64,000 nucleotides of DNA from an uncultured Faecalicoccus sp. (lineage in GTDB: Bacteria > Bacillota_I > Bacilli_A > Erysipelotrichales > Erysipelotrichaceae), in the NCBI RefSeq assembly GCF_944327125.1, contig NZ_CALVGO010000001.1:2827-66826 (forward strand), given 5' to 3'. Numbering within the stretch: position 1 is the stretch's first letter; each line of letters opens with the position of its first letter. The notes under the pieces were generated by a model. That model did not search any database, was not told the DNA's origin, and saw only the letters and a program-made list of their open reading frames with translations. This document shows positions 1-8,264 of this stretch, in pieces. A program made the translations under genes and the position numbers.

Positions 1-20
1 CCACAGATCGCTCAATTTTT

Positions 21-45
21 GGAGAACTAAGGTTCTCCTTTTTTT
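21..45 (+). terminator. Rho-independent terminator of the upstream off-window gene
   Basis: GGAGAAC-taag-GTTCTCC hairpin followed by a run of 7 T. Confidence 0.6.
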
Positions 46-103
46 GACTTGATTTTTAATCAAAGCTTGGTATTATACTAGATGTTAAGCGAGGTGTAGT
101 AAA

Positions 104-355
104 ATGGCGTCACAGACAAAGATTCCTGAATGGATCTTACAATGCCTGGATCAGTATGGCAATTGTGCTTGCGGAAGAAATATCACGAAGAAATTAGGGA
201 AGGATAAACTTTTGGAAGAACTTGAATCGCTGGGATATCCATGTGAACTGGAGATCATTGCCGATCAGAAAGAAAAAAGTGCCTATCCTAAGGAAGGCAC
301 GTATATCCTGACTTTAAAAACGCACGATATATTACTGGAAGATGAGGACGAATGA
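104..355 (+). CDS. small hypothetical protein (83 aa, acidic C-terminus, Cys cluster CLDQYGNCAC)
   Basis: ORF preceded by GAGGTG-like RBS; no recognisable family motif. Confidence 0.4.
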   Translation: MASQTKIPEWILQCLDQYGNCACGRNITKKLGKDKLLEELESLGYPCELEIIADQKEKSAYPKEGTYILTLKTHDILLEDEDE

Positions 356-357
356 TC

Positions 358-1359
358 TCATCTTTTTATTTGGCTTTTGATGGCCTCTACAAATTCTCTT
401 GTGGTTGCGTGACCTTTAAGATCGGGGGTCAAGTATTTTTGTTGTGCAAAGACCTGATCTAAAGCTCTTCGTATGGAGGCTGCCACATCCCCTTGTCCCA
501 GATCATCCAGCATCATGCAGGCACTTAGCAATAAAGCCGTTGGATTGGCAATTCCTTTGTTGGCGATATCGGGAGCACTGCCATGAACCGCTTCATACAT
601 GGCGTATTCATCGCCTTTGTTACAGCTGGGAAGCAAACCCAGTCCGCCAATCAATCCGCTTGTCAGGTCGCTGATGATGTCTCCATACAGATTGGGCATG
701 ACGAACACATCGAACTGACCCGGATCCATGACTAACTGCATACAAGTGTTATCAACAATTAAAGAATTTGCTTCGATCGAAGGATATTGTTTGGCAATTT
801 CTTCAAAGATCGATAAGAATAAGCCATCCGTTTTTTTCAATATATTGGCTTTATGTACACAAGTGCATTTTTTTCTTCCGTGATTTACGGCATATTCAAA
901 AGCTGCTTTGATGATCCTTGTGCTGGCTTTTCGAGTGATGATCTTATAGGCAATGACCGTGTCATCGTCGATGACTTCCTCTTTTCCTACATAGAGATCT
1001 TCGGTATTTTCTCGAAAGGTCACGATATCGACATTGGAAAAAAGTGTATTTAGACAAGGATTGGTTTTGGCAGGGCGTATATTGGCCCATAAATCATATT
1101 TATTTCGTAATGTCACATTTAAAGAACGAAATCCTTTTCCAATCGGGGTGGTGATGGGGGACTTCAACAAGATCTTATTTTTTTCAAACGATGCAAAGCC
1201 TTCCTGGGGAATGAATTCTCCGGTTTTTTTATAAACGGCTTCTCCTACATTGAAGATTTCATAAGAAAGGTCCGCCTTTGCGGCATTCAGTATATCCAAG
1301 ACAGCGTCGGTAATTTCCGGCCCGATGCCATCTCCTTTAAAAACAGTTATCGTATTCAC
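358..1359 (-). CDS. icd: isocitrate dehydrogenase (isocitrate/isopropylmalate dehydrogenase family, short NAD(P)-type)
   Basis: N-terminal FKGDGIGPEI, SLNVTLRNKYDLWANIRP and NLYGDIISDL motifs of the beta-decarboxylating dehydrogenase family. Lies directly downstream of citrate synthase and divergent from aconitase, which favours IDH over LeuB. Confidence 0.75.
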   Translation of the reverse strand: MNTITVFKGDGIGPEITDAVLDILNAAKADLSYEIFNVGEAVYKKTGEFIPQEGFASFEKNKILLKSPITTPIGKGFRSLNVTLRNKYDLWANIRPAKTNPCLNTLFSNVDIVTFRENTEDLYVGKEEVIDDDTVIAYKIITRKASTRIIKAAFEYAVNHGRKKCTCVHKANILKKTDGLFLSIFEEIAKQYPSIEANSLIVDNTCMQLVMDPGQFDVFVMPNLYGDIISDLTSGLIGGLGLLPSCNKGDEYAMYEAVHGSAPDIANKGIANPTALLLSACMMLDDLGQGDVAASIRRALDQVFAQQKYLTPDLKGHATTREFVEAIKSQIKR

Positions 1360-1371
1360 TAAAGTTCCTCC

Positions 1372-2640
1372 TTATCTTTGGCCAACATATACGTTGGCAG
1401 GGCGAATCAGTTTTCGATTGTTTTGTCGGTTTTCCAAATGATGGGCCACCCATCCGGCCGTTCTGGCCATGCCGAACAATGGAGTGAATAAATTATCCTG
1501 AATTCCTAAAAGAGAATAGGTAAATCCCGAATAATAGTCCACATTGGCGCATGTTTCCACATGTTTGATCTTACGCATCTGGTATAAGGCAGCGGCTTCA
1601 AAAGCTTCCAGAAAATGATATTGATCCATGGCATCCTTCTCTCTGGCAAGAAGCTTACCAGCCTGTTTGATGACCTGGCAGCGCGGGTCACTTTTTGTGT
1701 AGATCGCATGGCCGATGCCATAAATCAGACCGGATCGATCAAAGAAGTCTTTTTCCAACAATCGTTTCGCAATGGTTCGAAGAGCCTTCTGATTGGTGGT
1801 GATGCCGATTTCTTTGATGATGGCTTCAAACATCGCGTTTGTCTTGATATTGGCACCTCCATGGCGCGGTCCTTTTAAAGAACCTAACGCTGCACTGATA
1901 CAGGAATAGATATCCGTGCCAGTGCTGGACATGACAACATTGGTGAACGTGGAGTTATTTCCTCCACCATGGTCGGCATGAAGCATGAACAATATGTCAA
2001 GGACATCGGCTTCTCTTTGGGTGTAATGGGTGTTGCCTTTAATAATGCATAGGACATTTTCTGCGATCCCCTTATCGGGAAGGGGATACTTGGTGATTTT
2101 TTCCTTTTTATAGTGGCTGAGCATAAATAAGGGCATGCTTGCCAGAATATAAAGGCCTTTTCGCATACGTTCTTCCAATGTATCGGTATCCGGATCCTTG
2201 TCCTGGCTGTATAGTTTTAAAACATCGATCTGGATCGCATTGAGAAGATTGGATGGCTGATAGTGAATGTTTACGCTTTCAGCGTTGGCAATCTTGATCA
2301 GTTCTTTATGAAAATCCAAGAGTTGGCGATGTGTTGGGAGTTTTCCAAAAATCAGAAGAAAAGCGGTCATTTCATATCCAAAGTGATGTTCTTCGCGCAG
2401 AGAGATCAACTCTTCGATATCGTAGCCTCTGTAGATAAGACGGCCGGGAAGATTTTGTTTGTTTCCATTGACAATTTGATATCCGATTACATCGCTGATC
2501 TTGGTAAGGCCGACTTTGACACCGGTTCCGTTCTCGTTTCGAAGACCGGATTTGACTCGATATTTGGCATAAAGAGAAGGGTCGATGCGATTCCACTCTT
2601 CGTTGGCTCGGTATAACTTTTCAAAGTCATTCATATTCAT
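1372..2640 (-). CDS. citrate synthase
   Basis: Citrate synthase signature GIGHAIYTKSDPR plus HADHGGGNNSTF; 422 aa. Confidence 0.9.
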   Translation of the reverse strand: MNMNDFEKLYRANEEWNRIDPSLYAKYRVKSGLRNENGTGVKVGLTKISDVIGYQIVNGNKQNLPGRLIYRGYDIEELISLREEHHFGYEMTAFLLIFGKLPTHRQLLDFHKELIKIANAESVNIHYQPSNLLNAIQIDVLKLYSQDKDPDTDTLEERMRKGLYILASMPLFMLSHYKKEKITKYPLPDKGIAENVLCIIKGNTHYTQREADVLDILFMLHADHGGGNNSTFTNVVMSSTGTDIYSCISAALGSLKGPRHGGANIKTNAMFEAIIKEIGITTNQKALRTIAKRLLEKDFFDRSGLIYGIGHAIYTKSDPRCQVIKQAGKLLAREKDAMDQYHFLEAFEAAALYQMRKIKHVETCANVDYYSGFTYSLLGIQDNLFTPLFGMARTAGWVAHHLENRQNNRKLIRPANVYVGQR

Positions 2641-2696
2641 TTCCTTTCATTTAGTTTCATGTATTATATCATAAACTTTCATTTATTTTCATAATT

Positions 2697-2705
2697 TGGT
2701 ATAAT
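2697..2705 (+). promoter_or_regulatory. extended -10 promoter element (TGgTATAAT) for the aconitase gene
   Basis: TGGTATAAT about 25 nt upstream of the AAGGAG RBS and the ATG at 2731, in the divergent intergenic region. Confidence 0.45.
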
Positions 2706-2730
2706 AACTCGCATATAAAGGAGATCTCAT

Positions 2731-4647
2731 ATGGAAAATTTAACGCAGAAAATCTTAAAAGCTCATTTGGTAGACGGAGAATTGAAACAAGATGAAACCA
2801 TCAGCCTTCATATTGATCAGACTTTGACGCAGGATGCGACAGGTACGATGGCTTATATCCAGTTTGAAGCTATGGGCGTTCCAAAAGTCAAGACTGAGCT
2901 TTCTGTCAGCTATGTGGACCACAATACTCTTCAGAATGGATACATGAATGCGGATGATCATGCGTATCTGCAGTCGGTGGCTTCAAAATATGGAATCTAT
3001 TTTTCTAGGCCGGGAAATGGGATTTGTCATCAGGTTCATTTGGAACGATTTGCCAAACCAGGGAAAACGTTGATTGGAAGCGATTCACATACACCTACCA
3101 GTTCGGCCATTGGGTGTCTTGCCATAGGGGCTGGGGGATTGGATGTAGCCAAAGCCATGGCAGGAATGCCATACCGGCTTACCATGCCAAAGATCGTTGA
3201 GGTTCGCCTGCATGGGCATTTAAGACATGGTGTTTCAAGTAAAGATATCATTTTGGAATTACTGAGAAGATTGAGTGTAAAAGGGGGAGTCGGTTGTATT
3301 TTCGAATATACCGGAGATGCCTTGAAACATTTAAGTGTGTATCAAAGGGCGACGATTGCGAATATGGGGGCAGAGCTGGGGGCGACCACTTCTGTATTTC
3401 CAAGTGATGAAGTGACAAAACAATTCTTGTCCCAGCAAGGTCGTCTGGAGGATTTTGTGGAATTGAAAGCGGATGTCAATGCCCATTATGATCAAACAAT
3501 TGAGATCAATCTGGATACATTGGTCCCTCTGGCGGCTTGTCCAGATTCTCCGGACAATGTCAAATCGGTTTATGAACTGGAAAAAACAAAAATTGATCAA
3601 GTGGCGATTGGATCTTGTACCAACTCGGGATTTGAAGATTTGATGAAAGTGGCTTCCATATTAAAAGGAAAGACGATTGCCCCGAATGTGTCTCTGGTGA
3701 TCTCACCGGGATCCAGACAGGTTTTGATGAAACTGATCCAGACCGGAGCCTTACGTACATTTATTGAAGCAGGCGCCCGCATTTTGGAATGTACCTGCGG
3801 ACCATGTATTGGAATGGGTCAGAGTCCAAAGACCAATGGAATCTCTTTACGTACGTTCAATCGAAACTTTTACGGCCGTTCTGGGACTTTGAGTGCAGGG
3901 ATCTATCTGGTTTCTCCAGAAACAGCGGCATGCAGTGCGGTTGCCGGCCATTTTGTCGATCCCCGCAAGGTGGATTATGAAGACAAGCGTGTCTATGAGC
4001 CAAAGATCGTGGATGATTCTATGATTTATCCTCCAAGCACAGAACCAGAAAAAGTGGAAATCATTCGCGGGCCGAATATCAAACCGATTCCCACCAATGA
4101 GTCTTTACCAAACGATATCGATAAGAAAGTGGTCATCAAGCTGGGGGACAATATTACCACGGACCATATTGCACCGGCAGGAGCGAAGGTTTTGCCATAT
4201 CGTTCCAATATCGAAAAACTGTCTACGTTTGTCTTTGAAAACAATAAGAAAGAGTTTTATAAAGTATGCCAGGAAAATCACGGCGGCATCATTGTGGCCA
4301 AAGAAAACTATGGGCAGGGATCCAGCCGTGAACATGCAGCGCTGGCGCCGATGTATCTGGGCATCAAGGCTGTGATCTGTTGTTCGTTTGCCCGTATTCA
4401 TAAAGCCAATCTGATCAATTTTGGTATCCTGCCTTTGGTTTTTGTTCACAAGGAAGATTATGAAACCATTGATGAAATGGATGAATTGTATATCGAAAAC
4501 GTTCGGTCTCTTTATTCACAAAGAACTTTAAAGGTACAGAATAAGACCAAGAATATTTCATTTGAGGTTTCCTGTGACTGCAGTAAGGAAGATCTTGATT
4601 TGATCATGGCAGGAGGGGCCTTGAATTATATTCGCAATTTAAAATAA
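2731..4647 (+). CDS. aconitate hydratase (638-aa compact aconitase)
   Basis: Fe-S ligand motifs IGSDSHT, IGSCTNS and CGPCIGMGQ; swivel-domain motif GQGSSREHAA. Confidence 0.9.
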   Translation: MENLTQKILKAHLVDGELKQDETISLHIDQTLTQDATGTMAYIQFEAMGVPKVKTELSVSYVDHNTLQNGYMNADDHAYLQSVASKYGIYFSRPGNGICHQVHLERFAKPGKTLIGSDSHTPTSSAIGCLAIGAGGLDVAKAMAGMPYRLTMPKIVEVRLHGHLRHGVSSKDIILELLRRLSVKGGVGCIFEYTGDALKHLSVYQRATIANMGAELGATTSVFPSDEVTKQFLSQQGRLEDFVELKADVNAHYDQTIEINLDTLVPLAACPDSPDNVKSVYELEKTKIDQVAIGSCTNSGFEDLMKVASILKGKTIAPNVSLVISPGSRQVLMKLIQTGALRTFIEAGARILECTCGPCIGMGQSPKTNGISLRTFNRNFYGRSGTLSAGIYLVSPETAACSAVAGHFVDPRKVDYEDKRVYEPKIVDDSMIYPPSTEPEKVEIIRGPNIKPIPTNESLPNDIDKKVVIKLGDNITTDHIAPAGAKVLPYRSNIEKLSTFVFENNKKEFYKVCQENHGGIIVAKENYGQGSSREHAALAPMYLGIKAVICCSFARIHKANLINFGILPLVFVHKEDYETIDEMDELYIENVRSLYSQRTLKVQNKTKNISFEVSCDCSKEDLDLIMAGGALNYIRNLK

Positions 4648-4746
4648 AGAGTTTGTGCAAAAATAAAACTAAAAAGTATAAGCCTTCTATAAACAAAAGT
4701 ATCGTAGAAAAAGGTATAATGTGTTTAAAGAAAAGAGGGAGTATTT

Positions 4747-5886
4747 ATGATCATACAAAGTAAAAGAATCTGGGTCTTAAATAATTGGCTGGAAGCCCAG
4801 ATCGAAGTGGAAGATGGAAAAATCGTAAACATCTATCCTTATCAGACAAAACCAGTGGATAAAGATTATGGCGACAAACGTATCGTTCCTGGATTCATTG
4901 ATGTGCATACGCATGGAGCTTATGGCTTTGATACCAACGATGCCGAAGAAGAAGGATTGCGTAACTGGATGAAAAACATCGTAAAAGAGGGGGTAACTTC
5001 GATTTTGCCTACAACGATCACGCAAAGCGAAGAAGTTTTGACCAATGCGGTGAAGAATGTAGCCAAAGTAGTAGAAGAAGGATACGAAGGAGCTGAGATC
5101 CTCGGTATTCATTTTGAAGGTCCTTATCTGGATCAGGTTTATAAGGGAGCACAGCCGGAACAATATTGTGTAAAACCGGATGTGGAACAATTTAAACGTT
5201 ATTATGAAGCTAGCAATCATCTGATCAAGATCATTACGGTGGCCTGTGAACACGATGAAGATTACGCTTTGACCAAATTCTGCGTGGATCATGATATCGT
5301 CGTCAGCCAGGGACATTCTGGAGCTACATATGAACAGGCTCGAATGGCTATTGCCAACGGAGCCAAGAGTATGACCCATGTATATAATGGAATGACAAAA
5401 TTCCATCATCGTGATCCGGGTCTGGTAGGCGCTGCTTTCCGTTTCCGTGATGTATATGGAGAAATCATTTGTGACGGAAATCATTCTACTTACGATGCAC
5501 TAAACGATTACTTTACGGCCAAAGGTCCAAATTATGCGGTAATGATCACGGATTCTTTGATGGTTAAAGGATTGCCTGCAGGCACGAAGACATTGTTTGG
5601 TGGAAACGAAATCGAACTGTATGAAGATGGAAGCGCTCATTTGACATCGACAAAGGGTCTTGCGGGTTCTACATTGAATGTCAATAAAGGTTTGGGAATT
5701 TTGGTAGAAAAAGCCCTGGTACCTTGGCAAAGTGCCATCAACTCCTGTACGATCAATCCGGCACGCATGTTAGGTGTTGATGATCGCAAGGGAAGCATCC
5801 AGACTGGAAAAGATGCAGACCTGGTTGTACTCAATGATGATTACAGTGTTGAAATGACATATATCAAAGGAAAAGAAGCTTTCTAA
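4747..5886 (+). CDS. nagA: N-acetylglucosamine-6-phosphate deacetylase
   Basis: GFIDVHTHGAYGFD metal-binding start, HFEGPYL and THVYNGM motifs; 379 aa. Confidence 0.85.
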   Translation: MIIQSKRIWVLNNWLEAQIEVEDGKIVNIYPYQTKPVDKDYGDKRIVPGFIDVHTHGAYGFDTNDAEEEGLRNWMKNIVKEGVTSILPTTITQSEEVLTNAVKNVAKVVEEGYEGAEILGIHFEGPYLDQVYKGAQPEQYCVKPDVEQFKRYYEASNHLIKIITVACEHDEDYALTKFCVDHDIVVSQGHSGATYEQARMAIANGAKSMTHVYNGMTKFHHRDPGLVGAAFRFRDVYGEIICDGNHSTYDALNDYFTAKGPNYAVMITDSLMVKGLPAGTKTLFGGNEIELYEDGSAHLTSTKGLAGSTLNVNKGLGILVEKALVPWQSAINSCTINPARMLGVDDRKGSIQTGKDADLVVLNDDYSVEMTYIKGKEAF

Positions 5887-5911
5887 AGGTGTGCAGATGC
5901 ACACCTTTTTT
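5886..5911 (+). terminator. Rho-independent terminator after nagA
   Basis: AAGGTGTGCA-ga-TGCACACCTT hairpin plus TTTT. Confidence 0.75.
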
Positions 5912-5940
5912 ATCAAATAATAAAAATCAATAACAAATTA

Positions 5941-5969
5941 TAGACAAACAATAATAAAGTTTGTATAAT
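5941..5969 (+). promoter_or_regulatory. sigma-A-type promoter for the aldolase gene
   Basis: TAGACA, 17-nt spacer, TATAAT, followed by GGAGGA RBS. Confidence 0.5.
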
Positions 5970-5993
5970 GTGTGTTGATGGAGGATTTAGAAC

Positions 5994-6662
5994 ATGGAAC
6001 TAATTATTGATTCAGCAGACATTGGTAAAATCAAAGCATTGAATGAACTTTGTACGGTGACTGGAGTCACTACGAATCCAACGATTTTGACGCAGTCGGG
6101 CAAAGAAGCTTTGGATGTTATTGATGAACTGATTTCTCTTTTGAGCCCGGATCAAAAGCTCTTTATTCAGGTGGTAAAAACAGATTATGAAGGTATTATG
6201 GAAGAAGCCAGAAAAATATCTAAGCTTCGTCCTAAAAATATGTATGTGAAGATTCCTGTGACCCATGATGGCTTAAAAGCTATTAAAACTTGTAAGGAAG
6301 AAGGAATTCACACCCTGGCCACAGCGATCTATACGGCTGAACAAGGGTTTATCGCTGCCTGCAATGGGGCCGATTATCTGGCACCCTATGTGAATCGTAT
6401 GTGCAATTACGGAGATGGCGTTGAGACGACAAAGGATCTGATTGAAATGCTTCGCGTTCATCAGATTCCAACAAAAGTGGTTGCGGCAAGCTTTAAAAAT
6501 ACATACCAGGTTCATGAATTGATCAAGGCGGGTATCCAGGCGGTTACCGTACCTTGTGATGTCTTGTTTAATATGATCGATCATCCGGCAACAACGATTG
6601 CGGTCGGCGAGTTCACGATGAACTGGCAAAAGGCTTATAATCGAAAAGAGCTTTTTAAATAA
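5994..6662 (+). CDS. fsa: fructose-6-phosphate aldolase / transaldolase-family (TalC/Fsa type) protein
   Basis: 222 aa; N-terminal MELIIDSADIGKIKALNELCTVTGVTTNPTIL is typical of the short transaldolase/FSA family. Confidence 0.8.
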   Translation: MELIIDSADIGKIKALNELCTVTGVTTNPTILTQSGKEALDVIDELISLLSPDQKLFIQVVKTDYEGIMEEARKISKLRPKNMYVKIPVTHDGLKAIKTCKEEGIHTLATAIYTAEQGFIAACNGADYLAPYVNRMCNYGDGVETTKDLIEMLRVHQIPTKVVAASFKNTYQVHELIKAGIQAVTVPCDVLFNMIDHPATTIAVGEFTMNWQKAYNRKELFK

Positions 6663-6673
6663 TTCATATTCAT

Positions 6674-6697
6674 AAAGGGTACAAGCCCTTTTTTTTG
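6674..6697 (+). terminator. Rho-independent terminator
   Basis: AAAGGGT-acaa-GCCCTTT short hairpin followed by a T run. Confidence 0.5.
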
Positions 6698-6728
6698 TGT
6701 TTTTGACAAAATCAACATTTTTATTCTG

Positions 6729-6737
6729 TGCTATAAT
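6729..6737 (+). promoter_or_regulatory. extended -10 element (TGcTATAAT) 6 nt upstream of the ATG at 6744; candidate leaderless start
   Basis: TGCTATAAT ends at 6737 and the ATG is at 6744; no Shine-Dalgarno sequence lies between them. Confidence 0.4.
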
Positions 6738-6743
6738 AGAACA

Positions 6744-7610
6744 ATGAGACAGGGAATATTGTTGTCGATTATCAGTGCTGTCAGTTTTGGACTGGTACCT
6801 TTATTCACAAAGGTTGTACTCGATCTAAATTTTGATGTATATGCCATTGGCTTTTTCCGTTTTTTAGGACTGGGAATCTTTTCCTACTGTATGTTAAGGT
6901 TAAAGAAACAATCGTTAAAGATGGATGGCCGCCAGTTGTTTTCGATAGGGATCGATAGTTTCTTTCAGGTGATCACTTTATTGCTATTAAGTACATCGTA
7001 TTTGTATATCCCTACGGGTAATGCGACATCGCTGCACTTCATGTATCCGATTTTTGTGTTTTTGATCTTGTTTTTGTACTATAAGAATCGGTTTTCAAGA
7101 ACGCAATGGTTCGCCCTGGTCATTTCCATTGTCGGCATTTTATTTTTTATCGAATTTAAGGATCTCAACAATGGCTACGGAATGGCGTTGGCTGTGATTT
7201 CAGGTTTTACCTACGCATGTTATATGGTGGTTTTGGATAAACAGGGACTTGCCGCACTGAATCCCTTTGTCGTTGCGTTTTATGCCTGTTTGATGGAAGT
7301 CGTCGTCCTATTTTGTATTTGCCTGTTGAAGGGAAGTTTCAATGTGATATGGAACTGGCAGGCTGCCGGTTCACTGTTCCTGCTGGTGGGATTGTCAATT
7401 TCCGGAGTTTTGCTTCTGCAGGTGTCAACACGTCTGATTGGTTCAGCGACAGCCTCCTTATTTTGTCTGTTCGAACCTTTGACCTCTTTGTTTTGCGGAT
7501 GGCTTATTTTAAAGGATACGATGCAGTTTTCGAATATTATCGGATGCCTTTTGATCTTTACAGGGATCTTCCTGATCATGAAACCAAAAAGGAGAAAAGT
7601 GTATGGATAG
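6744..7610 (+). CDS. EamA/DMT-family transporter (10 predicted TM helices)
   Basis: 288-aa polytopic hydrophobic protein with a duplicated 5-TM layout typical of EamA domains. Confidence 0.7.
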   Translation: MRQGILLSIISAVSFGLVPLFTKVVLDLNFDVYAIGFFRFLGLGIFSYCMLRLKKQSLKMDGRQLFSIGIDSFFQVITLLLLSTSYLYIPTGNATSLHFMYPIFVFLILFLYYKNRFSRTQWFALVISIVGILFFIEFKDLNNGYGMALAVISGFTYACYMVVLDKQGLAALNPFVVAFYACLMEVVVLFCICLLKGSFNVIWNWQAAGSLFLLVGLSISGVLLLQVSTRLIGSATASLFCLFEPLTSLFCGWLILKDTMQFSNIIGCLLIFTGIFLIMKPKRRKVYG

Positions 7611-8142
7611 AAGAAAAATTTATGAACAATCAAAAGATCCTTACCGATTTCCGTTAAAGAAAATAGCTTTTTATTCGGTTAAGGACAGTATATGGATTGC
7701 GATTATCATGGCGGCAATCTTTGGCATTATTCTTTATGTGTTCCAAAGAAATCGATGGCAGTCCTCGATTTTCATTCCCATCATTGTTTTGATTCCTGTT
7801 TTGATTTTTGGTATTTTGATTCCGCTTAGAAAGTCAAAAATGTTTTTAAGAGAACAGGAAAAACTCAGCGGACATGCTTTTGCCCAAAGAACGGATGCGG
7901 ATCTTCCAGTACAGGACAGGGAATGGCTTTTATGTCGAATGTCACCGGGATATCTGATTTTTAATCGCAATGCGATACGGGAAGTGATTGGCTTTCAGAC
8001 ATCCAGAGTATCGATGACAGGGGATGGAAGCGGGAGAATCAAACTGGAATATATTGATTCCAGGGGAAATAAAAAGCTTGTCGATTTTCGTCATTCTGAA
8101 AAGAATAAACGTCGTTTTGAAGCGTGGTTTTATAGACAGTAA
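7603..8142 (+). CDS. hypothetical membrane protein (2 TM helices plus a soluble C-terminus)
   Basis: AAGGAG RBS; start overlaps the stop of the transporter gene by 8 nt; no family motif recognised. Confidence 0.55.
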   Translation: MDRRKIYEQSKDPYRFPLKKIAFYSVKDSIWIAIIMAAIFGIILYVFQRNRWQSSIFIPIIVLIPVLIFGILIPLRKSKMFLREQEKLSGHAFAQRTDADLPVQDREWLLCRMSPGYLIFNRNAIREVIGFQTSRVSMTGDGSGRIKLEYIDSRGNKKLVDFRHSEKNKRRFEAWFYRQ

Positions 8143-8143
8143 A

Positions 8144-8170
8144 GCACAGGAGACTGTGTTTTATTTTTAT
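8144..8170 (+). terminator. Rho-independent terminator
   Basis: GCACAG-gaga-CTGTGT hairpin plus TTTATTTTTAT. Confidence 0.55.
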
Positions 8171-8176
8171 AAATAT

Positions 8177-8203
8177 TTAGCACTAAATGGTTGCGAGTGC
8201 TAA
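8177..8203. promoter_or_regulatory. CIRCE operator 1 (HrcA-binding inverted repeat)
   Basis: TTAGCACTA-N9-GAGTGCTAA versus consensus TTAGCACTC-N9-GAGTGCTAA; overlaps the -35 region. Confidence 0.9.
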
Positions 8204-8218
8204 ATATTATGATATAAT
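8191..8218 (+). promoter_or_regulatory. sigma-A-type clpB promoter
   Basis: TTGCGA, 16-nt spacer, TATAAT, located between and overlapping the two CIRCE elements. Confidence 0.6.
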
Positions 8219-8222
8219 ACAG

Positions 8223-8249
8223 TTAGCACATAGAAAGATAGAGTGCTAA
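8223..8249. promoter_or_regulatory. CIRCE operator 2
   Basis: TTAGCACAT-N9-GAGTGCTAA immediately downstream of the -10 and upstream of the AGGAGGG RBS. Confidence 0.9.
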
Positions 8250-8264
8250 AAGGAGGGATGTTCT

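Noticed and set aside
4777-5484. 235-aa minus-strand ORF
   Set aside because: It is antisense to nagA, has no RBS and shows a shadow-frame composition.
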